Source of the DNA: Octopus bimaculoides
Lineage: Eukaryota
Direction of reading: 5' to 3'
Assembly: GCF_001194135.2 (NCBI RefSeq)
Contig: NC_068986.1
Span: 76,375,186-76,439,185 of the forward strand
DNA length: 64,000 nucleotides
Part shown: positions 1-12,988 of the stretch, in pieces
How positions within the stretch are numbered: the first letter of the stretch is position 1
Layout of the letters: each line of letters begins with the position of its first letter
Made by a program: the position numbers and the translations under genes
The notes under the pieces: model-generated
What the model saw: the letters and a program-made list of their open reading frames with translations, nothing else
Database searches by the model: none
Told to the model about the DNA's origin: nothing

Positions 1-576
1 CATTCTTATTGCGGCAAGCGAAAGCGAAATCGGGATAGCACCTGTGCCCAGCGTCGCCTTTCTGGCACTTGTGCCCGTGACATGTGTAAGGATTTTCGAG
101 CGAGATCGTTGCCAGTGCCCCTGGACTGGCTCTTTTGCGGTTGGCACATAAAATACACCATTTTGAGCGTGGCTGTTGCCAGTACCGCCTGACTGACCTT
201 CATGCAGGTGACACGTAAAAGCACCCACTACACTCTCTGAGTGGTTGGCATTAGGAAGGGCATCCAGCTGTAGAAACTCTGCCAAATCAGATNNNNNNNN
301 NNCCTGGATTGGCTCTTGTGCGGGTGGCACATAAAATACACCATTTTGAGCGTGGCTGTTGCCAGTACCGCCTGACTGACCTTCATGCAGGTGACACGTA
401 AAAGCACCCACTACACTCTCTGAGTGGTTGGCATTAGGAAGGGCATCCAGCTGTAGAAACTCTGCCAAATCAGATTGAGCCTGGTGTTGCCATCCGGTTT
501 CACCAGTCCTCAGTCAAATCGTCCAACCCATGCTAGCATGGAAAGCGGACGTTAAATGATGATGATGATGATGATG
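1..576 (+). mobile_element. SINE / RTE-type LINE 3' end (family A) with (GAT)n tail
   Basis: GGAAGGGCATCCAGCTGTAGAAA...CCAACCCATGCTAGCATGGAAAGCGGACGTTAAATGATGATG; the same tail recurs at 29672-29996, 32209-32622, 35875-36011 and 60954-61325 (-). The duplication around the 10-N gap at ~293-302 is probably artefactual. Confidence 0.8.
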
Positions 577-936
577 ATTGTGAAACATGAACTACGATAT
601 GCCTGACTACAAATAATATATTGCAAGAAGTAATTCCACATCTGGTAACAATCCGTGTAACATGTAGTGCAGACAGTGTAGCTTAATGCGAAAGGTATAA
701 TGTTATGTCTTCAACAGTTTCAAGATGTAGAGCCTTATATTTACATTAACCTGTGAGCATTTAAACCAGCCATATCTGGCCTAAATATTCTACACATTGT
801 ATGCTCAAACCAACCAGATCTGGCATTTCACACCTACCCTACAGTGTCATTCTAAAAAATAAACAATCACATCATCAAAATCTTAAAGTTATGAGATAGT
901 GCATGATTAATTAAAAATAACCATTTATCTTTAATC

Positions 937-1318
937 TTTTACTTGTTTCAGTCATTTTTCTGTGGCTATGTTGGGGCATTGCCTTGAAGGGTTCTAGTTG
1001 AACAAATTGACCTTAGGTCTTATGTTTTCAAGCCTAGTGCTTATTCTATGAGTCTCTTTTGCCAAACTGCTAAGTTACGGGGATGTAAACACACTGACAC
1101 TGGTTGTCAAGCAGTGGCGGAGGACAAACACAAAGACTTTTTCTCACACACACACACACATGATGAGCTTCTTTCAGTTTCCATCTACCAGATCCACTCA
1201 CAAGGCATTGGTCAGCCCGAGGCTATAGTAGAAGACGCTTTCCCAAGTTGCCACACAGTGGGACTGAACATGTAACCATGTGGTTGGGAAGCAAGCTTCT
1301 GATCTCACAGCCATGCAT
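937..1318 (-). mobile_element. tRNA-derived SINE (family C) with internal (CA/TG)n
   Basis: The reverse strand reads tRNA-like head (GGCTGTGAGATCAGAAGCTT...GTTCAGTCCC), microsatellite middle and the GACTGAAACAAGTAAAAGA-type tail; homologous to the well-preserved copy at 48711-49042. Confidence 0.75.
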
Positions 1319-2106
1319 GCGCTTATGCAATGTAAATAAGCATTACATTTGGTCGAGTAATCTGTAATAGAAAGTTGTCGATAGATTTTGAGTATCTTTC
1401 ACTGGACTATAGCTGTGGCCTAATTGTTGCAAAAGCAGAATTCATGCATAGTTGTAATTTTGTTGGTTAAAGTGATATTTATCAGAGGATTTGTTAATGG
1501 TAACATGCCTATTCTGTTCTGATATTATTATATTCAAATACATGTACAGAAAAGAAAGATAGTTTAGATTCCTGTTTTCAGTTGTGGTTTTAGAATTGTT
1601 TTGGGTAACCAGCCAGTTCTTAAAGATTTATTTTAAGATTTTCTACTGCGTTATTATTTATTTTTATGTTTTTAGCTGTATCTTTGATCATATTTCTGCT
1701 GTAGAGACAAGAGTTGTCTGCTTTTAGATTCTGATTGTGTTGCTCTGCAACTAAATATTTTCTTCAGTAACCTGATGAGATAGCACAGTCTTCATTAAAG
1801 AGAAAAGTTACTTCAGATAGCATCAGACTGAAATAGCTACTCCACAATAAAACAATGACTAAATGTGACAAAAACAATTGTGATCCTATTTTTGACATGG
1901 TGTACTTAATCATTAGCATGTTGCAAACAAATGTATGAATTGATCTGTTTTGCACTTGAAGTAAATCAATGGACTACTTGTAAATAAATATCTGTTGTTT
2001 GTAAAACCTTAAACTGCATGTTGTTTGCTTGCATGCTTCTTTTTTTTTATGTAATTTTTGTCTTATCTGCACACTTATCACATCTGCTCCATCGTCATTT
2101 CCAAAG

Positions 2107-2178
2107 ATGTTGAGAGCCAAGAGAGATGCGCTCCAGCAGCAAGTTGATCAACAGGCCAGCCGTAAGCAGAACATCCAA
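2107..2178 (+). CDS. SMG6: SMG6/EST1A internal exon (coiled-coil preceding the PIN domain): MLRAKRDALQQQVDQQASRKQNIQ
   Basis: AG-free pyrimidine tract, then CCAAAG|ATG; donor CAA|GTCAGT at 2179; phase 0-0. The peptide aligns with remembered human SMG6 LRAKKLALARKIAEQQRRQEKIQ and joins the next exon in frame. Confidence 0.8.
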
Positions 2179-3700
2179 GTCAGTAACAATTTTGTTTCCT
2201 TATTCAGATTGAATGTCTGCTAACCCACTTTCCTAAGTTGTTTTTTGTGTGAGCTTTGTTTCTATTCTGATGTCTTCAATGTTATTTGAGCTAAATAACT
2301 AATATTGTTTTTTTAATAACAGACGTTTTCCTTGTAATTTTTTTTCTAATGAACTTTACTTAATCACCATCTTCACCATCACTCTACCATCTTTCAGTTT
2401 GGTAAGTGTTTGTCAGAAAGTTGATATATAATACTTATTTGTGTATTGTATGTTTACAGCTTATTTCATCTAACAACAAAAGATTAAATCTTTTAAATAA
2501 AATTTCAAAGTCTATTTCATTGAAACTGTTCTGACATACCTTACATTTGTACATTTTCCCCATTCTTTAATATGCTTCCTTTCCAAAGTAGCTATATTGC
2601 TAACCATTACCAATGTTGTACACTAGCTACTAGAGCATATTGTATTGGACTTTTTTTTTTTTAAATAGTCATGTAAAAAATAGAAGTAAACAAACTAAAT
2701 TAACTGTAGCATCCAAGCAACACACTTAAAACTAACCTGGCTTTTTTACCTTACTAAATATATCCTGTGATATTGAATATCAGTTCTTATTTTCTTAATA
2801 ACTTTTGTCATCAGATTTCATGACTGTTAATGGTTCTTGTTATTTTACTTCTTTATTTTTTATTAATTATTCAACATGATGTAACAGTTGTAGGTGTTGC
2901 AGCTGTTGTTTAAAAGCAAAAAGTAAGCACTAACATTTTGCTCAGTTACTAATGTATGTAGTAAAATATGAAACGTTTATGATAAACACACCCATTCTTT
3001 GGACGGTTTAAGTTGCTTTGGTGGTATTTTTTTCACCAAATAATTGAACTACCAAGAAGGTTTATGAGTAGCACAATAATCTGTTTCTCATTAACCTAGG
3101 AACAGAAAATGAAATCGAAGGGAGTTATTGTGGAAGTTGTTGCACTTTAATGATCATAGTACATATAAGTTTGCAGGCTATGCAAAGTAGAGCTACTGAA
3201 GTGTTTTGTGAGTAGAAAGCAAAATTTCCTGTCAGAAACAGCCACATAAATGGTGTAAGGAATCTGAAGGAAGCCCCTTTATTTTGTCTTTCCACATAGT
3301 TAAATTGGTATGGAGCTGTATGAAAGATACGTATAACTTTCGCTAGTGGAAGCAAAACTCTTATCTAAAGGTTGATTCTTTGGGATGAATCATATGTGAT
3401 TGTTGGAAAAGGGCTAGAACGACAATGTTAAAATGTATTTGAAACAATGGACAACAGTTGAAATATCATAATGGATGGGTAAATAAGCATCCTTAAAGTG
3501 AAACAATGGTATCAAAGGTAAACAAAGGTATCAACAAATAGAAGAGAGGAAAGGGAACATCTCCTTTCAAGTAACTCAGAATAGGTAAAAGTAAGCTTGC
3601 CACAGTTTAATGCAGTTTAAATATGTAGATTAAGATAGTTTGGTATTCGATATTCATCGTGTACAGCGTCCTAGTCAACTGAATCACCATCGTAGGTGGA

Positions 3701-4195
3701 CAGCGAAAATAAATAGGCAAAATCCTTTCACTTTTATAAAAAGATTAAAGAAGTATGGAAGACCCTACATACAAAAAAAACTATGTCCATTTACGTCCAA
3801 TTACGGCAGGAGCTCTGGGCAAAATGTTATAGTGCATGACCATCGTTGGGACATAAGTAACATGTGTGTAAAGTTTGGTGAAAATCGGTTGAGAATTGTG
3901 GAAATGTAAGCTTTAGTCATTATACACACACATACTGTGATTTATATAGGTATACAGTGGAAATTAATAGACAAAATCCTTTCACTTTTATGAAAAGATT
4001 AAAAAAGTATGGAAAACCCTACATACAAAAAACCTGTCCATTTACGCTGGAGTTCTGGGCAAAATGTTACAGTGCATGACCATCTGCAGGACATAAGTAA
4101 TGTGTGCATAAAGTTTGGTGAAAATCGGTTGAGACTTGTGGAAATGTATGCGTTAATCATTATACACACACCTACTGCGATTTATATATACTAGA
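3701..4195 (-). mobile_element. Two tandem ~250-bp units of a Helitron/Helentron-type (DINE-1-like) non-autonomous element end
   Basis: Units 3701-3954 and 3955-4195 are clearly homologous. The minus strand begins TCTAGTATATATAAA, then a (TG)n stretch, then AACCGATTTTCACCAAACTT, the layout of DINE-1/Helitron-like 5' ends. Confidence 0.55.
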
Positions 4196-5341
4196 TTAGA
4201 TGTAGGTAATAATATATCCGCAATAAATGTATTTATTAAATTATTAATCTGTGTGTGTGTGTGTGTGCAGTACATGAATCATGGCTTTGTCTGAATATTC
4301 CTCATCTTATAATCTGCTCTGAAAATATTTTCTAGTAGCTTCATACTTGACTACTAGTTACAATGACAAAGCCACTGTGGTCGCTCATTTTGATTGAAAT
4401 AGCTGCCAAATCACATCTACTGTCTTTAACACTTTAACATTCAGATTACTCTGTCAAATGTAATGCTTATTTATTTACATTGTTTTGAGTTAACCATGCA
4501 CTATCTCATAGCTTTGGGAGTTCAATAATATGGTTGTTTATCTTTTGAATGGCATTGTAGGATAGGTGTGAGAGGCTGGATCTGGCTGGTTTGAATATAA
4601 AACAGAATATTTGGTCCAAATACAGCCTATTTGAATGGTAAAGGATTAAAAGGAAGAACACCTTGAGCAAAGTACTTCTAGATACACTGTGTCTCAAGAA
4701 GCAGAATGGTCATGGTTGGAATGTCTTTTCACCACAAGTCTCAATGTTCATATCTGGCATAGAGCTAAACACCAGTAAATCATTACAAAATTTTTTTATT
4801 AATTCAATTGGGAAGTTTTCTTAATGAAACCATTTCATCATTGTTACTACTCTTCAAAGCATGTACTTTTTCTACTAAATCTCATTTTCCCTCTCAGTGC
4901 AGATCCCATTCTTATTGAGATATAGTTGGATATTCAATATTTTAAGCATATATTTCAGATTAAAAGAAACAAACTTTTTTTTTAATCTCCCCACTGCTTC
5001 TTTTTAACCTCTTTTTTTAAAGGATTTGATTAACCAGTGATTGCCTGCTTGACCAACATTTTCAGAGTTGCTACACTCCTTTAACCATTAAAACATACGC
5101 ACATTCATTATATTGGCGTATGTGTACATTATAACCAATGGATTTGATCTGTTTTTGTTGTCTGCATTTTAATATTTATATCTAATTGCTTTGAAGTTGT
5201 GCTTAAAACTAATCGTTAATTGAATGATGACTGATGTGACTAACTTCTAACATAATGAACACAAATTGACTGCATGGAGTCTGATTACTTTACACAAAAT
5301 ATTTGGGTATTTTTCATATAAACAACTTTGCTTTCTGTGTA

Positions 5342-5385
<44 letters not shown>

Positions 5386-5863
5386 CACTACCTAAAACAC
5401 TATCTTAGATATATAAATTTATGTAGGTTTTTTTCATAAACAGAGCAAGAGGCCATCTCTAACAATTGTCTTTTGTTGGTATTTAGACAACAATGGCAAC
5501 AATGATAAACTGTGGAAAATTTTTCCTATTTTCTCTTGACTATAAATTAATGAATTGGGGTGGGCTTGGGTCTGTTGCTTTAATTACTCTTGTCTTTATT
5601 AGAAAAATCTGATTGTAATTTGCATATATAAGCATAATAGACCTTTATGCATATTATAATATACAATTATATGTGTATTATTACAGAAATTTATATCTGT
5701 TATGAATGTATTTATAGGTATATCATAATGTATATGTATATTATAATGTACATTTATATTTATACTATAATACATATTTGTATAACAATGTATATATAAA
5801 AAAAAATTTCAGAATGAGATAAAAATCCAAGGTTGTGAAAGATTTTAGAACATTTATAAATAA

Positions 5864-5912
5864 GTCTTACAGCTGTTTCTGGGATATTTTATATATCCCT
5901 TCATTGGAGACT
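5864..5912 (-). ncRNA. Decayed minimal type I hammerhead ribozyme (Penelope-like element remnant)
   Basis: Minus strand: AGTCT-CCAATGA-A-GGGATAT(ataaa)ATATCCC-A-GAAAC-AGCT-GTA-AGACT. Stems I and II pair and stem III is palindromic (ACAGCTGT), but the core CUGAUGA is mutated to CCAAUGA. Confidence 0.65.
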
Positions 5913-6330
5913 GTGTGAGAAAATGGTTAAGCAATAGTTAATTTAGATACGATAGGAAATAGAGAATGAAGTGGAGGAATGAAAATAGATGCGAGATATA
6001 TGCAGGGATATTGCATCTGTAGATCCATTATTTAGGCAGAATGGTATACACATGATTCCAGTACCTTACTCACAAAGTACTGGAATCTTTACTGGAGCTT
6101 AACTATAGTCTGTCCATAGCACTTACTCAGCATTACCTGACACCTTTCGGTCTTATTGACACACCATTACCTCTCATAACCTCTATAATGCAATGAATAT
6201 ATATTTGTGTACAGGTATAAAGCAGACTTTCCAGACACTGATGGTCCAAAACTTCATATAGACCGCACTAATTTATGAATGATCCACAGAGAAAATGCTG
6301 TGGATTGCTGGAGGTGTGTAGCATATGTGG

Positions 6331-6630
6331 AGGCACATGGCTTAGTGGGTAGGGTGTTGGACCCATGATCGTAAGACCCTGGTTTTGATTCCTGGACCAG
6401 GCGATGTGTTGTGTTCTTGAGCAAAACACTTCACTTCACATCACCCCATTCCTCTCAGTTGTAGAAATGTGTACCACTAGTGGAGGCATGTTGCCTAATG
6501 GTTAGGTTGTTGGATTCATGACCATAAGATTGTGGTTTCGATCCCTTGACTGGGCAATTCATTGTGTTCTTGAGCAAAACAGCTCATTTCACGTTGCTCC
6601 AGTCTAATCAGCTGTAGAAATGAGTTTAGC
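6331..6630 (+). mobile_element. Two adjacent tRNA-derived SINE heads (family D-like)
   Basis: GGAGGCACATGGCTTAGTGG...GATTCCTGGACCAGGCG...GTGTTCTTGAGCAAAACAC occurs twice (6331, ~6482), with A- and B-box-like motifs. Confidence 0.65.
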
Positions 6631-7263
6631 CTGTGGAGGGATGGGCTATGCCAAGCTTTCTCACCCTAGATATGCTGCATGGCTGCAGTGCCCCATCGAT
6701 CCCCAAAGGGTTAAAGGACTTGTCAATTTATGAGTAGGAATTCAAATTGCCACAGCCACCAGACTAATTTGTTGGTTGGCCCTGTTTCACAGTACCTTGC
6801 ATAGTACAATATTAACAAACTTGTATCAATTATATTAATTTACAGAAACCTATATTTCATGTAGCTATTTGAGTAAATCTAATATTTTTCTACCTTAATG
6901 GTGGCTACCTCTGGTTTGGAAACATCAGTAATCTGAAAAGGCTTATCGATGTTATTCCTGTAAATATTTATATGTACATTATAATATACATATATAATAT
7001 CGATATATTAGTTTCATATTTTGATACAAGGCCAGCAATTTCGGGGGTGGAATGAAGTCAACTACATCAACCCCAGTGCTTAATAGGTACTTATTTTATT
7101 GACCCTGGAAAGGTGAAAGGTAAAGCGAACCTTGGTAGGATTTGAACTCTGAATGTAATGGTGGATAATGTGGTTATATTAGCACTAGATATTGTTTAAG
7201 TTCGGCTAAATATAATCAATCTGGCTGCTTTTGAAGTGATATGTACATTGGTTAGTCAACTAA

Positions 7264-7311
<48 letters not shown>

Positions 7312-7497
7312 CATGCACATGCGCACACATGTCATTTAAAAAAAATATTTTGTGCTTATTCTGTTTGTTGTTTTTCTCTTAAGGTAGCCAAAGTTTTTCT
7401 AAATGTTTTTGTTGAAACAAATATTTAATATATTGACAATGTTTGGAGTTTTTGTTCTTTATTTTTCTGACAATAAAATAAATTGCAACTGTAAATT

Positions 7498-7975
7498 AAT
7501 AATAATAATAATTCTTTCTACTTTAGGCACAAGGCCTGAAATTTGGTGGGAGGGGACTAGTTGATTACATCAACCCCAGTGTTTCACTGGTACTTAATTT
7601 ATTGACCCCAAAAGGATGAAAGGCAAAGTTGACCTTGGCGGAATTTTGAACTCAGAATGTAGCAACAGGTGAACTATTGCTAAGCATTTCATCCTGCATG
7701 CTAACGATTCTGACAGCTCACCGCCTTAATAATGATAATACTCCTTTCTACTAAAGGCACAAAGCCCGCAATTTGGGGTAAGGGGACTGGTCGATTAAAT
7801 CAACCCTAGTGTTTTACTGGTACTTAATTTATGAAAGGCAAAGTTGACCTCGGCAGAATTTGAACTCGGAATGTAGTGACAGACGAAATGCCACTTAGCA
7901 CTTTGCCCGGTGTGCTAACAACTCTCCTAGCTCACCGCCTAAGTAACAACAACAACAATAATAATAATAATAATA
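7498..7975 (-). mobile_element. Two head-to-tail tRNA-derived SINEs (family B) with (ATT)n tails
   Basis: The minus strand reads GGCGGTGAGCT...TTCTGAGTTCAAA...GTCAACTTTGCCTTTCAT...TAAGTACCAG twice, each ending in an (ATT)n run. Confidence 0.75.
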
Positions 7976-9120
7976 GTTAGCATTTATAACTATTTGGTTA
8001 AGAAAGTTTAGTTTGCAGCTATTTGTCTTCAAGTTCAATCTCACTGCACAACACCTAGGACTGACCAGAGCATTGTGAGTGAAATCTAGCAGGTGTAAAC
8101 TGTGCAGAAACCTGTGGAATAATGTGTATGTAAGTGCATAGTGCTGTGGAAAAGCAGAACCAAGTATGTTGGATGAAAATGCTTAGTCTTTGTGGTATTT
8201 GGCTTCATCTCAGTTATGTCCTTTCAAATGCCTATTTGGCTATGCTTTTCATCATCCTCCAAGGCTGATAAAGTAAGTACCCAAGTACTGGTCAGTACAA
8301 TTAATTAAATGCCCCTTGAAGGTAGTGCTCCAGCATGGCAACAATCCAGTACACTATGTATTCCTTTCCTATATTATATTAGTACAGATTCCTTTATCAC
8401 AGGCATCTTTGTTAAAGCCAGGCACCTTGTCAATTGTGAAAGAATTGGTGGCTGGAAACTATGTATGTTTTCTATTATTTTGATAGGCAAAAGTTACAAT
8501 ATGACTCAAGGGTCGAGTGTTTCACGTATATCACTTAGCTGTGCATAAAACTTTTGGCCTTTGAGTCACTTTGTGATTTCTGCTGTTGAAAATAATGAAG
8601 TACATTTACTCATGTATTAAGTTCTATTTATCCAGTTCTACCAAATATAGAAGTGTGCATTTGTGTGTTTGTTTATATTTGTGCTGTGTAGAAGCTACAA
8701 ACTATGGTTGCTGGTGTTTCTGTCACTTCTCCTACCAACAAATCATTTCCTTGCTATACATGAAGAATAAATCCTTCATTTGTTTTTTTAATTATAATTG
8801 CTATAACAATATTGCCATCACAGTGAAAATCAGTGTCAGTTAGACTAGTGGGTGAAAGTGACAAAGAAGTGAATTTAAGTTTAAAATGGAGACAAGAAAA
8901 AGAATAGGATGTGATTGCAGTGAATGAGAGTTGGGAAGAGTAACATAGCAAGAGCTCTGTGTGTTGCACCAAGATGGCATTCAAAATGAAAATAAAAGCA
9001 ACTTTTATTTTTTTCTTATTAAACTATATCAGTATATCAAAATTGGAATTTTAAGGTTTTGCTATAATTTTAGATTGAACCAAAAGATTTTGTAAAGTCT
9101 TGGTTACATGTATTGATACA

Positions 9121-10394
9121 TCAGGTCATCCCATAAGTTCTGTCCGATTTTACCTTTTTTAAAATTGAATGAAATTTAATAGTATTTTAGAATGTCTAAT
9201 GGAATTAAAAATTATTTTTATGCATTTGTGTACATTTAAACTAATTAAATATTATTTTACAGAATAATAGAATTACAATTTCTTTGATTAAAACCCTTTC
9301 TAATATGGAAGTATCCAAAGAGCATTTAAGGCACAAAATGCTTTATGAGTACAAAAAAGGAAACTCTGCAGCCGAAGCGACTTGAAACATACATTCAGTT
9401 TATGGGTAAGAATGCTTGAATTAAAGAACTTGCAGAAGATGGTTTGCAAAATTCAGAAGTGGAGATTTTAGCCTTGAAGATGAAGATTGAACAGGACATC
9501 CATTTGAATTTGATGATAAGCTGCTTGAGGCATTACTTGAAGAAAATCCTGCATTATCAGTTAAAGAATNNNNNNNNNNNNNNNNNNNNNNNNNNNNNNN
9601 NNNNNNNNNNNNNNNNNNNNNNNNNNNNNNNNNNNNNNNNNNNNNNNNNNNNNNNNNNNNNNNNNNNNNNNNNNNNNNNNNNNNNNNNNNNNNNNNNNNN
9701 NNNNNNNNNNNNNNNNNNNNNNNNNNNNNNNNNNNNNNNNNNNNNNNNNNNNNNATAGACTTGTGGCTGGTGACGAAAAATGGATCTTCTATTGAAATGT
9801 TAAATGTTGTAAGCAGTCGCTTGGTAAAAGGGAAAAAGCTCAACCACAACCGAGAAGGGAACTTCTATCTGGTGGGATTGCAAAGGAGTAATTCACTTTG
9901 AATTGTTACCACCTAATGCAACAATCAATGCTCAAGTCTACTGTCAGCAATTAGAATGTTTGAACTAAGCTTAAGAAGAAAAAAACCCGCTTTAGTGAAT
10001 CAAAAAGTAGTGATGTTTCATCAGGACAATGTGTGACCCCACACTGCAAAGATCACATCACAGAAGATCGGGGAGCTTGGATGGGAAAAAATTCCTCATC
10101 CACCTTATTCTCCCGACCTTGCTCCTTCAGACTACCATTTGTTTTGTAGTTTACAGAATCATTTGGGGACATAACTTTTGCAAGCCAGGAGGAGGTCGAA
10201 ACTGAAATTTCAGAGCTCTTCTGTTTGAAACCAAAGAGTTTTACATTGATGGGATTAACAAGCTTGTAAATAGATGGAAGGAAGTCATAGATAATCAGGG
10301 AAAGTACATTGATGATTAAATTTCAATTAAATATAACATTTGATCACTTGTTTTCTTTATTCAAAATTCGGACAGAACTTATGGGATGACCTGA
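9121..10394 (+). mobile_element. Full-length defective mariner (DD34D) transposon
   Basis: ~30-bp TIRs TCAGGTCATCCCATAAGTTCTGTCCGA / TCGGACAGAACTTATGGGATGACCTGA; right TA TSD (left is CA). The transposase starts at ATG 9305 (MEVSKEHLRH...RRWFAKFRSGDFSLED) and has several in-frame stops. HQDN to SPDLAPSDYHLF spacing is exactly 34 residues. An N gap lies inside. Confidence 0.9.
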
Positions 10395-10866
10395 TATTTA
10401 TTGTGCAACCATTACATATAAGATGGTATTTATTTGTAGAAGTTGCCAGTTGTACCTCACCCCACCCCATCCCCTACTTTTCAACACCTCAACAGCTGTA
10501 TTAATTTTCTCCTTAAACACAGAACCAAAAGTTATATGTAAGGTTTAGTTCCCTTAAGAAAATTCTCTTCCTACTAATTATAGACACTCTCTATCTTCAT
10601 TCACCAAGCCAACAGTTGGCTTTGGATAAGACTTTTCTTTCTTGTACACATTGATAATGCTTTTTATTACAAAAAAAAAGGGCCTAGAATTCTAGAATTT
10701 CAATTTCAGTTATTTTTATTCACATATGTGAGAAAAACTACAAAATGCCAGAGCTAGTAAAAGATGACCATTAAAACCTGTATTCATAGTTCATACTATG
10801 TTATAATTTAATTAGGAAGGAATGCAATGGCCAAGTGCCAAAAATTGGTTCATGGACATCAAGTTT

Positions 10867-11667
10867 AATAATAATAATGAAGGTTTCAAAATTTGGCGCA
10901 ATGCCAGCAATTTTAAGTTAGAGGCTAAATTGATTACATCACCCCCATTGTTCCACTGGTACTTATTTTATCAACCCCAAAAGATAAAAGTTAAAGTTGA
11001 TCTCGACAGAATTTGAACTCAGAACATAAGGAGCTAGAAGAAATGTCACTAAGCATTTTGTCCTATTCAACAATGGTTCTGCCAGATAATGATAATTCTT
11101 TCTAATTTTGGCCATTACTGGACTAGTACTCGTTTAATCAACCCCAAAAGAATAAAAGGCAAAGTTAACCTTGGTGGGATTTGAAATAGTTCTTTGAAAT
11201 CATGATGATTATTATTATTATTATTATTTCTTTCTACAATAGGCACAAGGCCTGATTGATGGGAAAGGAATTAGTCAATTACATTGACCATAGTACTTGA
11301 CTGGTACTTATTTTATTGACCCCAAGAGGATGAAAGGCAAAGTTGATCCTTGCAGGATTTGAACTCAGAACATAAAGATGGACAAAATGCTTAGTGGCAT
11401 TTTTTTCCGACATGCTAATGATACTGCCACTTTGCCACCTTAAAAATAATAATCTTTTCTACTCTGGGCACAAGACCCAAAATTTTGGTGGGGAGGGATT
11501 TAGTTGATTGCGTCAACTCCTAATGCTTGACAATTACAAATTTCATCAACCCCAAAAAATGAAAGGCAAAGTCGACCTTGGCAGCATTTGAACTCAGAAC
11601 GTAAAGACAGATGAAATGCTGCTGAGCATTTTGTCTGGCATGTTAACGATTATGCTTGCTTACCACC

Positions 11668-11703
<36 letters not shown>

Positions 11704-11914
11704 GTTTCAAATTTTGGCACAAGGCCAACAAGTTTTGGGGAGGAGGCTAGTTGATTACATCGACCTTGGTGCTTAATTGGTACTTATTTTATCAACCTCA
11801 AAAGGATGGAAGGTAAAGTCCACATTGGCAGAATTTGAACTCAGGACATAAAGACAGATGAAATGCCACTGTGCATTTTGTTTGGCATGCTAATGATTCT
11901 GCCAGCATAGTGCC

Positions 11915-11950
<36 letters not shown>
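10867..11950 (-). mobile_element. Stack of five family-B SINE copies separated by (AAT)n/(TTA)n runs
   Basis: Repeated GTACTTATTTTATC/GACCCC...GAAAGGCAAAGT(C/T)GACCT...TTTGAACTCAG blocks at ~10878-11086, 11096-11190, 11228-11445, 11452-11670 and 11700-11915, all in the same orientation. Confidence 0.75.
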
Positions 11951-12089
11951 GGCTCACCATCCCTACAGGAAGTGCAAAAAATCTTGTTAACTGGAACAAC
12001 TCGTACTGAGAAGAGCATTATTGCTGTGAAAACAACATCCATTCATGAATTTATTTATTTATTAATTTTTTTTTAAATACATATTTTAC

Positions 12090-12949
12090 CTGTGAATTTG
12101 CGTGTGTAAACTGGGAATGCATACAATGAGCTTCTCTGCCCTAGGTGTATGGAAAACACTCGGTGAGAAATGGAAGAAAATTTGAAGGAAGAAAAAAAAA
12201 AGATAATAATAATAATAAAGAGGATGCAAAACAAAAAAAATACAATCTCTTAAAATTTGAAATTGCAAGAATTTGGAGTATGAAAACTGTAAAGGTCGTG
12301 CCTGTAATAATTGGTGTGTTATGGACTGTAAGTAAAGATATTGACAAATGGTTGAAGGAGATTGGAATAGAATGTCCTGTAGAGCTCCTACTAAAAGTTT
12401 GCCTCTTAGGGACAGTAAAAATTATCAGGAGGGTTTTAAGTATTTGAAAGACTATTGAAAGCTTGTGGATATCTAAGGTTATAGGTAATAATCTGTTGTT
12501 GTTGTTGGCACTCCGTCGCTTACGACGTCAAGGGTTCCAGTTGATCCGATCAACGGAACAGCCTGCTCGTGAAATTAACATGCAAGTGGTTGAGCACTCC
12601 ACAGACACGTGTACCCTTAACGTAGTTCTCGGGGATATTCAGCGTGACACAGTGTGACAAGGCTGACCCTTTGAATTACAGGCACAACAGAAAAAGGAAG
12701 TAAGAGTGAGAGAAAGTTGTGGTGAAAGAGTACAGCAGGGTTCGCCACCATCCCCTGCCGGAGCCTCGTGGAGCTTTAGGTGTTTTCACTCAATAAACAG
12801 TCACAACGCCCGGTCTGGGAATCGAAACCGCGATCCTATGATTGCAAGTCCGCTGCCCTAAACACTGGGCCATTGCGCCTCTACTAGGTAATAATCTACT
12901 ACCCACATAAATCCTGCTTGGAATAAGAACAAACCTGAGCCAAATCATC

Positions 12950-12988
<39 letters not shown>

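Noticed and set aside
119-480. ~175-bp direct duplication either side of a 10-N gap
   Set aside because: Near-identical sequence flanking a minimal-size gap is the signature of unmerged contig ends, not a biological tandem repeat.
6331-6410. tRNA-like sequences at SINE heads (also 12820-12884, 19854-19925, 55310-55378)
   Set aside because: They lack a complete cloverleaf/acceptor stem and run directly into SINE bodies; not tRNA genes.
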